Of a DNA stretch of 64,000 nt, positions 26,301-36,608 are shown one piece after another. This DNA comes from Laetmonice hystrix. Lineage: Eukaryota. The stretch spans positions 2,914,001 through 2,978,000 of the forward strand of contig OZ249442.1 in the NCBI GenBank assembly GCA_965235115.1, in the 5' to 3' direction. How positions within the stretch are numbered: position 1 is the first letter of the stretch; every line of letters starts with the position of its first letter. The notes under the pieces are model-generated. The model was not told the DNA's origin. It did no database searches and saw nothing but the letters and a program-made list of their open reading frames with translations. A program made the position numbers and the translations under genes.

Positions 26301-27378
26301 TGTGCCTCGTGAGATCGTATCAGATTTAGGTCGCCAGTTCACATCAAAGTTGGTCCGTGCTATCTGTGAACTGGGCGGTGCAAAGCAAACATTCACTTCA
26401 CCCTACCATCCACAGACAAACGCTGCTTGCGAGAGGATGAATAGCTTTATCATCCAGAACATCAGGACATACTGCGGGGAGGATCAAGATGATTGGCCAT
26501 CAAAACTACCGGGAATCCTGATGGCATATAGGTCAACACCAGCAACCCGCTCAACAGAGTTTTCACCATACCAGCTGATATTTGGTCGAACAATGTCCAC
26601 TCCATCTGACATAGATGTCATTCCGAAAAAGTCGTTGCCACCATCCTTTCAAGAGCATCTCACCAACACAGTTGACAACCTTAAAGTCTTCAGGGAAGTT
26701 GCTACAGCCAACATCAAGAGGAATCAAGGTCGATACAAGTCTGACTACGATACCAAAGCTAAGGATGTACCTTTCAAGGTCGGTCAGGCTGTTCTCATGT
26801 CGGACCCTGCTGTTCCTCTGGGGCTGACTCCAAAATTACACTGTCCATATAAGGGACCATATACAGTTCTGGAGATGGGTCCAAACCATACCTATAGACT
26901 TATGTCTGACAGTGGCAACGTCCTGACAAACCTCATTCACCACAACAGATTACACCCCTTTAAGACTCGACAGCCAGAAGCCACCGAACCAGACCTCCAA
27001 GAGGGGGAGCCAGTGGAGAGAAATGATGGACGTAAAGACAGTCTGTGTCCTGACAACTTCCCTCCTGACCCGGGAGAGGATGCCGCTGAACAGGAAAATG
27101 AAGCTAGGGCAGAGGACGAAAACGTCCCACGTCAGGTAGAAGTCGTGAACAGAAGTGAAGATGTGACTAATGAAGACACTATCATTGACATTGTTCAGGG
27201 GGCGAGGCATCATAACAAGTTATGTTACAAGGTCATACTGGAGGGAAAATCTGAACGGCCATGGCGCTGGGAGGAGGAAGTACCGGCTGATCTTGTGACT
27301 CGTTTTCACAAAACTAAAACCATGAAGGGCAAGACCAAGAAACACAACAAGAAACATTCATATTTTGATAGCCACTAA
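23374..27378 (+). CDS. pol: Pol polyprotein: aspartic protease, RT, RNase H, integrase (GPY/F, chromo-like tail); no own ATG start
   Basis: LVDSGA (PR), YVDD (RT), TTDAS/YTDHKPL/NADALSR (RH), HH-CC and WHMDF..SDLG..ACER (IN), GPY; open directly after the gag TAG in the same frame. Confidence 0.97.
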   Translation, partial: DSAPVWRDLNRHTGHKEEIPQVMVTDLRAHENQIPVKIGNTSTWALVDSGANISVLSTDLRNKVKCVKSALPDYSQVKGVGGELHSVSEKVTVKIMIGQTSMLHSFHVLKGHHDMILGMDFLQGHDAVVDFGSGRMQLGTAEVKLGHPAVRSCLARVTHSTVIEANSVTQVPVKCSRKYCNDMVFLEPAIYNSYSDIMVMPTVVLTNGNDTTCCVINRSNIAMTLPQQYTIARGKVITQAEVSTLCVTLSKQNETMLPQVDNLDKSNEELAFDVDNSHLAIEDRSVLETFLKQNKQVFASSTAELGRSSTMSHVIDTQGAKPVAQRFYRASPEKRTEIDRQVEEYLELGLIEPSTSEWRSPVVLVRKADNSWRMCCDYRRLNAITRPQSFPLPRLEDVWDAIGEQQAKVFSTLDMSQGFHQLPMAPDSVEKTAFVTQNGQFQWRVMPYGLTNSPVTFMRTMHEVLRKHLYKICIIYVDDVIVYSRNMAEHLKHLKMIFDCFKKAGLKLKPSKCKFAAGEVKYLGHILSKEGVRPNPEKTEIIDNFPVPKDAKEVRSFLGLVNYYKRFIKDFSKVAAPLFMLLRKDTAFKWTSDCQNTFEYFKARLVEKPILHYPDMSSRFYLTTDASNTGIGFILSQKDTEGKEHAVAYGGRALRGPETRYSTSEKEYLAIKEGIQTYHPYLADKEFTVYTDHKPLKFAATFRPDLGRLGRWALFLQNYNFVTEYKTGKSNNNADALSRIPFSNVQPCDQVKDETCHSEEQQPTVQLCSIVPADMADMQKSCPEVNPLYNFHSRNVVPKDRRVATMLCRTLDQYVIDDHGVLYHMSFPGNRRTPEMMVKQLVVPVSQRHALITNHHDNLLGGGHQGIDRTYAALTLRAFWPGMYRDVSRYVNSCHQCQKAKRHNNRPAPLHPMPIVGVFERWHMDFLSMKRTPEGYKYILLLVDSFSRWCEAIPTSSQDAQTVAQILYSDVFTRYGVPREIVSDLGRQFTSKLVRAICELGGAKQTFTSPYHPQTNAACERMNSFIIQNIRTYCGEDQDDWPSKLPGILMAYRSTPATRSTEFSPYQLIFGRTMSTPSDIDVIPKKSLPPSFQEHLTNTVDNLKVFREVATANIKRNQGRYKSDYDTKAKDVPFKVGQAVLMSDPAVPLGLTPKLHCPYKGPYTVLEMGPNHTYRLMSDSGNVLTNLIHHNRLHPFKTRQPEATEPDLQEGEPVERNDGRKDSLCPDNFPPDPGEDAAEQENEARAEDENVPRQVEVVNRSEDVTNEDTIIDIVQGARHHNKLCYKVILEGKSERPWRWEEEVPADLVTRFHKTKTMKGKTKKHNKKHSYFDSH

Positions 27379-28817
27379 TAACTTTAACTCTGATTTCTAT
27401 ATATGTTATTTTGAAAGGTAGCACTCATGGCCAATTATGCAACAAAGTTCCGTATGATATGAGGAAATGTTAATTAACAAAATGATCCGTGTCAAGCAGA
27501 TCCAATATGGGTGCCAAACAAGTGTGCAAAGCACAGTGTCAGGAGGATGCATCAGGGTAGAGGAATTCATGTCACAAAGTACATTATTGTCAAATCACAT
27601 TTAGCTCAGCTGGACTAGGCTTTATCACATGTGGTTAGTCTCCATTTTCATACAATTTTTTTTCTGGGGTAGGTTTGGGATCCAGTTCTCTCTACAGTAT
27701 TGCAGACATCAGATTGCTGTTCGGTCTAGCCTACCTGCTATTGCTACTATTTTTGATGTCAGTCATCAAAGCACACCATGATCTGTACGGTATTTTTATC
27801 AAGTGAGGTACGTAAAAAGATTAATTTGGTGGTTCAGCCACGTTGTTGTACACTCGAGGGGAAGGTACCCTTTTTAAATGATCCATTAGCCACTTATAAA
27901 GGTGTATTTCACGCTCATCTTTGGGCGGTGGTATTCGTGGATTTAGGTTTCCATACAGTTAACCATACAATACGTATTTACCTATCATGATTATATCATT
28001 CAAGTTTAAGCGGTATTGTGCTAACATTTCTATATTTATGTTGTGTTCTATCTAAAGTTGTGAATACAGTGGTTGTCAGAACTAACGTACAGCCAATGTT
28101 ATCGGTTGCCAAAAGGTTGAAATTATAAGTTACCTAAAGTTGTTTTGCCCAGATTGGTGGTTTGGTTTAATGTGACACACTTGACAGTCTTCAACTTGAC
28201 ACACTGCCCTGCCTCTTAGTTGTCGTGGACACTTACCCCTTTCAGGAAATCGTCAGAGACAGTTGATCCTTATGTCTTCATTTTCAGTTGTTTCTAGTTA
28301 CAACTTACAAGACTATACCAACATTAGTGTGCAGGCATGTTCTGCACAAGACTTTACTGTATATATTATAATACCAGTGCATTGTTACTACCATTGTCTT
28401 TATGGACACGAGTATAAGGTCATAGCAGACTTTTGGACATTGAAAAGCTGCACATTATAGAGATGACACTCAAACTTATGCGGACAATGAGACATTTGCG
28501 AGTACATCTCAGTGACCTTGTATGACCACCTTATGAACACACCGTCAGAGTGGGCGTCATCGTATCCTGAAGTATTTTCTATATTATGACTATGACAATG
28601 TATTTACAGTTCTATGATGGTTGAGTATTTCTACTGTAGAAGATGGTTGTATTGTGTTTACAAATTGTGTAATTGTTAGGTTAAGTTATACCTAATACAT
28701 ATACAAGGTATTGCCTTTCAAGCAGTTGGCGTAAAGTAAGGATCCTTTTAGTGTTACGTAGTGGATCATCCCTTGCACCTGAGTTTTATGTTAAGTTTGA
28801 ACGGAGCAAACTTTTTC

Positions 28818-28829
28818 GGGCAAGGGGGA
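28818..28829 (+). other. Polypurine tract
   Basis: GGGCAAGGGGGA two nt before the 3' LTR. Confidence 0.8.
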
Positions 28830-28831
28830 TA

Positions 28832-30003
28832 TATCGTAGGGCTATGTATAAGCCCAAATAACCATGATGGCGGCTGACGCAGTAAAACCCTGTCAGCCTC
28901 CCGGAGTAGCTGTCAAAATAATATCTTTTTCCACCAATAACCATACAGTCAGTTCTATTATCCCACTATCACTCCTTATCTCCCTTACAGAGTTAACACT
29001 TTAACGGTGGTCATATAATCTTTCTTTTAACCACTACTGGCTAGCCTTGGTGGATACAGTATGGAGTTTAGGTCCGCCATTTTGTTTCGTTGTCCATCAG
29101 GAGGATTCCTCCTGGGGTAATTAAACTACTCCCATTTTTACTTCTATTCCGCCTCTGAAAGAGTCTAGACCCTTTGGGTCTATGTGACAAACTGAGGCAC
29201 TCAATTAAAACATAATAAGTCAGAAGTTCATGTCATGACAGTGGTCAGTCGCCAGAAAATGGAGTTGATATCATATAACTTGTGTATTTAGTTGGTGGTG
29301 GTAGTTTGGTATAAAACGGTTCACAAAAAGGTAACACTCTGCCATCAATATATATTTCTCGTTTAAGGTGGTGTGGCACCAATCAATATGTATTTAATTT
29401 TTATAAGGCTGCAGGTACTTAGTCATTAAGAAGTCGGCTGATATTTTTATATACATTCATGTAGTACACCAAGTGACAACCGCTAACGTGCAGGGACCAG
29501 GGTAAGCCAGATAAGCCGGGGTATAATTAGAACGGGGTAACGTTAATCAACCCTCTTACACTCCTGACCAGCGAGCAGTGCGGTCATAGCCAGACGGTCA
29601 CGCTTGTACGACCACGTGGATTATAACTTACAATTCGAACATGGAGATATACGGACAGTATTGTACAAACATTGGAATTAGCAGTCGGTGAGTCACTCGT
29701 CGTGTTGGGCCTGGTGATCTGGCTATTCCTGTACTTTCTTTAACTTTTCTCCCCTATCTGTTGGCGCCATTCCTCCAGCCTCCCCTTTGTCTCAGAGATG
29801 CGGTTGGACCACGTGTTAGCGGTTATGGTGTGGTCACTCATAGTGTTATGTGTATATGTAACCAGAATAAAGGCGGGTGTATACTGTAATAACTTATTTG
29901 TCATTGTTCCCCTATATATATATTTCGTATTCCTGACACCGATATAAATTGTAGTCTCCCCAGTAACGATAGAATGATAAGTAAGAAAGGTAAGGATACG
30001 AAA
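28832..30003 (+). repeat. 3' LTR (1172 bp)
   Basis: Identical to 20917-22088. Confidence 0.95.
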
Positions 30004-31365
30004 GATGTTTAGTTCCCGGAGACGTTACTGCGGAGATCTGAGTGAAAGCCAATCCGTTTCCGGTACTCTTCATAACGCCACAGGTGCTGCCCTCTGGTGA
30101 CCACATGGGATATCTCACCCTCAGTTCTCGGGGCCGGGGCTGGTTGAGTGTCCGTGTTTGATCAAAAGATCTCAGTGAACACAAAGGTTTCAGGTGTCGT
30201 GTCAATACCACTCATAATCGCTCTCTTTCATATTCATCCACAAACATTCATAGAGTTATTACTACTGCACAGTAATAATATACTTTCCTCTCATATATTG
30301 TTTCCAATTACAGCTCCTGGCTGACAGCTTGGCTGTTTAAGTCGAGAATTGAACTTTTTATGTATCGAGAAACGAATTAATACCAACATTTCCCACTGTT
30401 TTGGTGTAGCTTTGAGGATTTTGACGAACAATACTTAATAGATTCATAGTCCACAGCATGCATGAATGCATGTCTACGATATTAAAGATGAAAAACAAAA
30501 AAGGAAACCGCTCAGTTGCAACACGTTTTGACCTAATTTTTTTCTTCCATAAAAATTGATCTGAAACATTGACAACAGAACCCCATGGCTTGTGAAATTG
30601 AGAGCGAGGCTGTGTCGGTATATGAGCTGTGGGCTGTGATTGGCTGACTCCCCGCGCTGGCTCGTCTCTTAGCACGCCCCCTAGGGAGACGCACACACAC
30701 GACGACGTGCCATCTTATCCATTAAAGGAAAAGAACACTTCAATCAAATTAATATCTCCCCCTCCCTCCGTTCTTCAATCAGGCGACTGATCTGCCTGCC
30801 TGACAGCGGCGGGATGAGGGACGGGAGAGAGAGGGATGAGAGAATTTAGAGCAGGAGTCCGCAGTCACCATGTTCATAAGAAACCGTTGGCCAGAAAACT
30901 GCCTCAACATATCTCCTCTGGCTGCCAGCATGCAGATTACTGAAGGATGCTACCGGCCTGAATTGGTTGATTGTGTTAATATTGTAGGACACATGTCTAG
31001 CGAGCTCCTTTTAGTGCTCAGAATTTCTCTCCTTAACGTAAGTGTTGCTCTCGTGGGTCAGGACCACAGACCTGTTCCTGCGCGGCCGCTTGGGTGAGGA
31101 TAATTCTTACATCCCCCTGTCTCCCATCTCCGTCCTACAACCCTGTGACAACAAACTCAACACTAGAGTAAAATGATCGATTGTTTAACCGTTTTTTTAG
31201 TTTAGATTGGTAAACAGATTACTTATTTAACTGATGACAAACTGAACTATCCTGCCCTGTGTAGGCACTTATCTTATCCGCCATAATCTGCAACATTCGT
31301 CTAAAAGTTCGCAGTCAACACTACCTAGATGCTGAGCTGAGAGATGGGATTTTTTTCTACCATAT

Positions 31366-31584
31366 CAGGGTTTCCGCCAGAAAATAATTAATGGGGGGGA
31401 CGGGGGGGCCCTCCCCCAGAAAAATTTTTTTCATGAACTCCGGAGATGCGTTTTCCTGGCCTCTCAGAGCGAGAATAGCTTAAAAAAAACACTGCTCTGC
31501 AGATTTATGGGGGGGATATCCCCCCCATGTCCCAATCATGGGGGGGATAAATCCCCCCCGTCCCCCCCTCTGGCTGATGCCCTG
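31366..31584. mobile_element. MITE with CAGGG...CCCTG ends and 5-bp flanking duplication
   Basis: CAGGGTTTCCGCCAGA ... TCTGGCTGATGCCCTG imperfect TIR; CATAT on both sides. Confidence 0.7.
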
Positions 31585-32577
31585 CATATTGGTTACTTGC
31601 CAACAGTTACCTCGCCTTCACAAGTGATTAGCTTCAGTCATTTGTACACAACCCAACAGATGGCCTACCTCCTCCCCCCCCTGTCATAAGGCTCCTACGT
31701 TTGGAATACCAAACATCATTTTACACTCTACCAATCTGTGTGTGGCGTAGGCGTCAGTTATGGGGATGTGATAACAAGCTTACTTGTAACGGCTGACAGG
31801 TACAGCAGTTAACAGTCTATTCAGGCCCTGCTGCTTGTCTGCAGCATGTTAATCAAATCCTTAGCTATCCTACAAATAACAAAGGAAGTAGAAAGACTAC
31901 GAACGTATTTTTCGACCTATTTTGATTTTGTATCAGTATGTGTACATCATGTCCGCTGATTGACACCTAACGATATTAATCTGAAGAACCAGCAGTAACT
32001 GTCACAAGAGATGCTTTCCCGCCCACAGCAAAGTGTTGTACATCCTCCTCCTGTATCCTCGCCTCCCGTCTCACCACAGTTTAATATTCCCCAGTCCACG
32101 TGGAAATGGCCACCATGACCTACGAACAAATGATCAATTCTAGCTTCACTTGCCTGCAATGACCTGGATAATCGTTCTTTTTTTCGATACAAGTAACCTA
32201 ACAGTTCATTTAGGTGTTAGGTGTGACAGTTTGGTAATATTGGCGAGTTTGATCTAATTCTAGTCCATGATACCATCAACAAATAAAAACTGCGAACTTC
32301 GAAACTTGCGACATCACTGCTGCAAGACTAGGAGGAAGGCCACCTCAGAATGATGAAGCGACACACAGCCAGACAGGGCAGTCGGGATCGTCGTATAGGA
32401 AATCTGTTGACCTGCACAGCTGTCTTGGAGATCCGACCATCTGCTCCATCTGTTCCCATTCAATACAGCTGTACGTCCGGCCACTGACCCGATCAGCAGG
32501 TGTCGTGGTCAGTTTGCCGTTGTGTCTGGTTTAGCGTGTAACTGTTCTGTGAGAGCACACATTTATGGATTTGTTGT

Positions 32578-35500
32578 GTCTGTCAATGATACACAACAGG
32601 ACAGGGGTGATCCTAGGTCCACAGACTGTCCCCTGTCAATGATACACAACAGGACAGAGGTCATCCAAGGTCTACAGGCTGTCCCCTGTCAATGATACAC
32701 AACAGGGCAGAGGTCATCCAAGGTCTACAGGATGTCCCCTGTCAATGATACACAACAGGACAGAGGTCATCCTAGGTCCACACACTGTCCCCTGTCAATG
32801 ATACACAACAGGACAGGGGTCATCCTAGGTCCACAGACTGTCAATGATACACAACAGGACAGAGGTCATCCAAGGTCTACAGGATGTCCCCTGTCAATGA
32901 TACACAACAGGACAGAGGTCATCCTAGGTCCACACACTGTCCCCTGTCAATGATACACAACAGGACAGGGGTCATCCTAGGTCCACAGACTGTCAATGAT
33001 ACACAACAGGACAGGGGTCATCCTAGGTCCACAGACTGTCCCCTGTCAATGATACACAACAGGACAGGGGTCATCCCAGGTCTACAGGCTGTCCCCTGTC
33101 AATGGTACACAACAGGGCAGGGGTCATCCTAGGTCTACAGGCTGTCCCCTGTCAATGATACACAACAGGACAGGGGTCATCCTAGGTCCACAGACTGTCC
33201 CCTGTCAATGGTACACAACAGGACAGGGGTCATCCTAGGTCCACAGACTGTCCCCTGTCAATGGTACACAACAGGACAGGGGTCATCCCAGGTCCACAGA
33301 CTGTCAATGGTACACAACAGGACAGGGGTCATCCCAGGTCCACACACTGTCCCCTGTCAATGATACACAACAGGACAGGGGTCATCCTAGGTCCACAGAC
33401 TGTCAATGATACACAACAGGACAGAGGTCATCCAAGGTCTACAGGATGTCCCCTGTCAATGATACACAACAGGACAGAGGTCATCCTAGGTCCACACACT
33501 GTCCCCTGTCAATGATACACAACAGGACAGGGGTCATCCTAGGTCCACAGACTGCCAATGATACACAACAGGACAGGGGTCATCCTAGGTCCACAGACTG
33601 TCCCCTGTCAATGATACACAACAGGACAGAGGTCATCCTAGGTCTACAGGCTGTCCCCCTGTCAATGGTACACAACAGGACAGAGGTCATCCCAGGTCTA
33701 CAGGCTGTCCCCTGTCAATGGTACACAACAGGACAGGGGTCATCCTAGGTCTACAGGCTGTCCCCTGTCAATGATACACAACAGGACAGGGGTCATCCCA
33801 GGTCTACAGGCTGTCCCCTGTCAATGGTACACAACAGGACAGGGGTCATCCTAGGTCTACAGGCTGTCCCCTGTCAATGATACACAACAGGACAGAGGTC
33901 ATCCCAGGTCTACAGGCTGTCCCCTGTCAATGGTACACAACAGGACAGGGGTCATCCTAGGTCTACAGGCTGTCCCCTGTCAATGGTACACAACAGGACA
34001 GAGGTCATCCAAGGTCTACAGGCTGTCCCCTGTCAATGGTACACAACAGGACAGAGGTCATCCTAGGTCTACAGGCTGTCCCCCTGTCAATGGTACACAA
34101 CAGGACAGAGGTCATCCTAGGTCCACAGACTGTCCCCTGTCAATGATACACAACAGGACAGAGGTCATCCAAGGTCTACAGGCTGTCCCCTGTCAATGGT
34201 ACACAACAGGACAGGGGTCATCCTAGGTCTACAGGCTGTCCCCTGTCAATGGTACACAACAGGACAGGGGTCATCCTAGGTCTACAGGCTGTCCCCCTGT
34301 CAATGATACACAACAGGACAGAGGTCATCCCAGGTCTACAGACTGCCCTCTGTCAATGGTACACAACAGGACAGGGGTCATCCCAGGTCCACAGACTGTC
34401 CCCCTGTCAATGATACACAACAGGACATGGGTCATCCTAGGTCTACAGACTGTCCCCTGTCAATGATACACAACAGGACAGGGGTCATCCTAGGTCCACA
34501 GACTGTCCCCCTGTCAATGATACACAACAGGACAGGGGTCATCCCAGGTCTACAGGCTGTCCCCTGTCAATGGTACACAACAGGACAGGGGTCATCCTAG
34601 GTCTACAGGCTGTCCCCTGTCAATGGTACACAACAGGACAGAGGTCATCCTAGGTCTACAGGCTGTCCCCCTGTCAATGGTACACAACAGGACAGAGGTC
34701 ATCCTAGGTCCACAGACTGTCCCCTGTCAATGATACACAACAGGACAGGGGTCATCCTAGGTCCACAGACTGTCCCCCTGTCAATGGTACACAACAGGAC
34801 AGAGGTCATCCTAGGTCCACAGACTGTCCCCTGTCAATGATACACAACAGGACAGGGGTCATCCTAGGTCTACAGGCTGTCCCCTGTCAATGGTACACAA
34901 CAGGACAGGGGTCATCCCAGGTCCACAGACTGTCCCCCTGTCAATGATACACAACAGGACAGGGGTCATCCTAGGTCCACAGACTGTCCCCATGTCAATG
35001 ATACACAACAGGACAGGGGTCATCCCAGGTCCACAGACTGTCAATGATACACAACAGGACATGGGTCATCCCAGGTCCACAGACTGTCCCCTGTCAATGG
35101 TACACAACAGGACAGGGGTCACCCCCGGTCCACAGGCTGTCCCCCTGTCAATGATACACAACAGGACAGGGGTCATCCTAGGTCCACAGACTGTCCCCCT
35201 GTCAATGATACACAACAGGACAGGGGTCATCCCAGGTCCACAGACTGTCCCCCTGTCAATGATACACAACAGGACAGGGGTCATCCTAGGTCCACAGACT
35301 GTCCCCCTGTCAATTGTACACAACAGGACAGGGGTCATCCTAGGTCCACAGACTGTCCCCTGTCAATGATACACAACAGGACAGGGGTCATCCTAGGTCT
35401 ACAGGCTGTCCCCTGTCAATGGTAGGCCTACACAACAGGACAGGGGTCATCCCAGGTCCACAGACTGTGCCCCTGTCAATGGTACACAACAGGACAGGGG

Positions 35501-35866
35501 TCATCCTAGGTCCACACACTGACCCCTGCCAATGATACACAACAGGACAGGGGTCATCCTAGGTCCACAGACTGTCCCCCTGTCAATGGTAGGCCTACAC
35601 AACAGGACAGGGGTCATCCCAGGTCCACAGACTGTCCCCCTGTCAATGGTAGGCCTACATAACAGGACAGGGGTCATCCTAGGTCCACAGACTGTCCCCT
35701 GTCAATGGTAGGCCTACACAACAGGACAGGGGTCATCCTAGGTCCACAGACTGTCCCCTGTCAATGATACACAACAGGACAGGGGTCATCCTAGGTCTAC
35801 AGACTGTCCCCCTGTCAATGATACACAACAGGACAGGGGTCATCCTAGGTCCACAGACTGTCCCCT
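32578..35866. repeat. Minisatellite, 53/54-bp unit (45-bp deletion variants), about 60 copies
   Basis: CTGTCAATGATACACAACAGGACAGGGGTCATCCTAGGTCCACAGACTGTCCC. Confidence 0.97.
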
Positions 35867-36268
35867 GACTGACCATTCCCCAGTGCTGGCCCTCTCAACC
35901 CTCACCTTCACAACCAACCCTAGGTCCACAGACTGTCCTCCCGGATTGGCGAATTTCAATGGATATATATTTCAGTTTGTCGGTTTGGTAAAAAACGGGG
36001 TAGTAATCTGGGTCAATCTTAAAGCGCGGTATCCAAATAAATCCATTTTACATGACTTCTGACGCTTGAGTCTGCAGATTAATTAAATGGGCAATGTGCA
36101 GATCCAGAATTTACATTGAAATGGTTTTTACAAAATTAATCTGCCAACTTGGTCTGTTGTAACTTGTAGTGATCAAGAGAGATAAGATTTGAGACTGATA
36201 CAGGGTAGCTTACACAGCGACTGGTGATTGGGACGGAGCCACGGGTTGAGGTTACCTGTCTGTGTTAA

Positions 36269-36608
36269 AGGTGCTATTCGTCTCGCACAGAATGGCATTT
36301 CTCCTATCATACATTGTGCACATAGTACTAGAAAAAATTCCTACCGATACCATTGGCCTGATAAACCTTCTATTAGTTTGTGTTCAGCATTTGAAACCTA
36401 TCTCGGTGCGCACCGAGATAGAGCCATTTCCTATGGTGAGGCGTGTCAGGGTCTCCACAGGCCTTCTGAGAGAGCCCCATTTGTGCCGTTATCCATGAAA
36501 AATTTTGATTTCCTTTGTTGTGAATCGATTTCCATGATAGGTGGGATCACATAAACGTCAACAAAATTAAAAATAAAAAAATTGAATTTTTTTTCACGAA
36601 TAGCACCT
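36269..36608. mobile_element. Kolobok-like non-autonomous DNA transposon
   Basis: 13-bp TIR AGGTGCTATTCGT / ACGAATAGCACCT flanked by TTAA on both sides; RR..YY ends with TTAA fit Kolobok rather than piggyBac. Confidence 0.8.

Larger units (their letters stand above)
20917..30003 (+). mobile_element. Full-length Ty3/gypsy LTR retrotransposon
   Basis: Paired 1172-bp LTRs, PBS, gag, pol in PR-RT-RH-IN order, PPT, flanking duplication GATG (20913-20916 / 30004-30007; could be read as AGATG). Confidence 0.98.

Noticed and set aside
20915-28831. Canonical TG...CA LTR boundaries (TGTATC at 20915)
   Set aside because: The 3' LTR has TATATC there, both LTRs end GATACG, and identity extends through AAAG; the GATG/AGATG duplication fits the alternative ends better.
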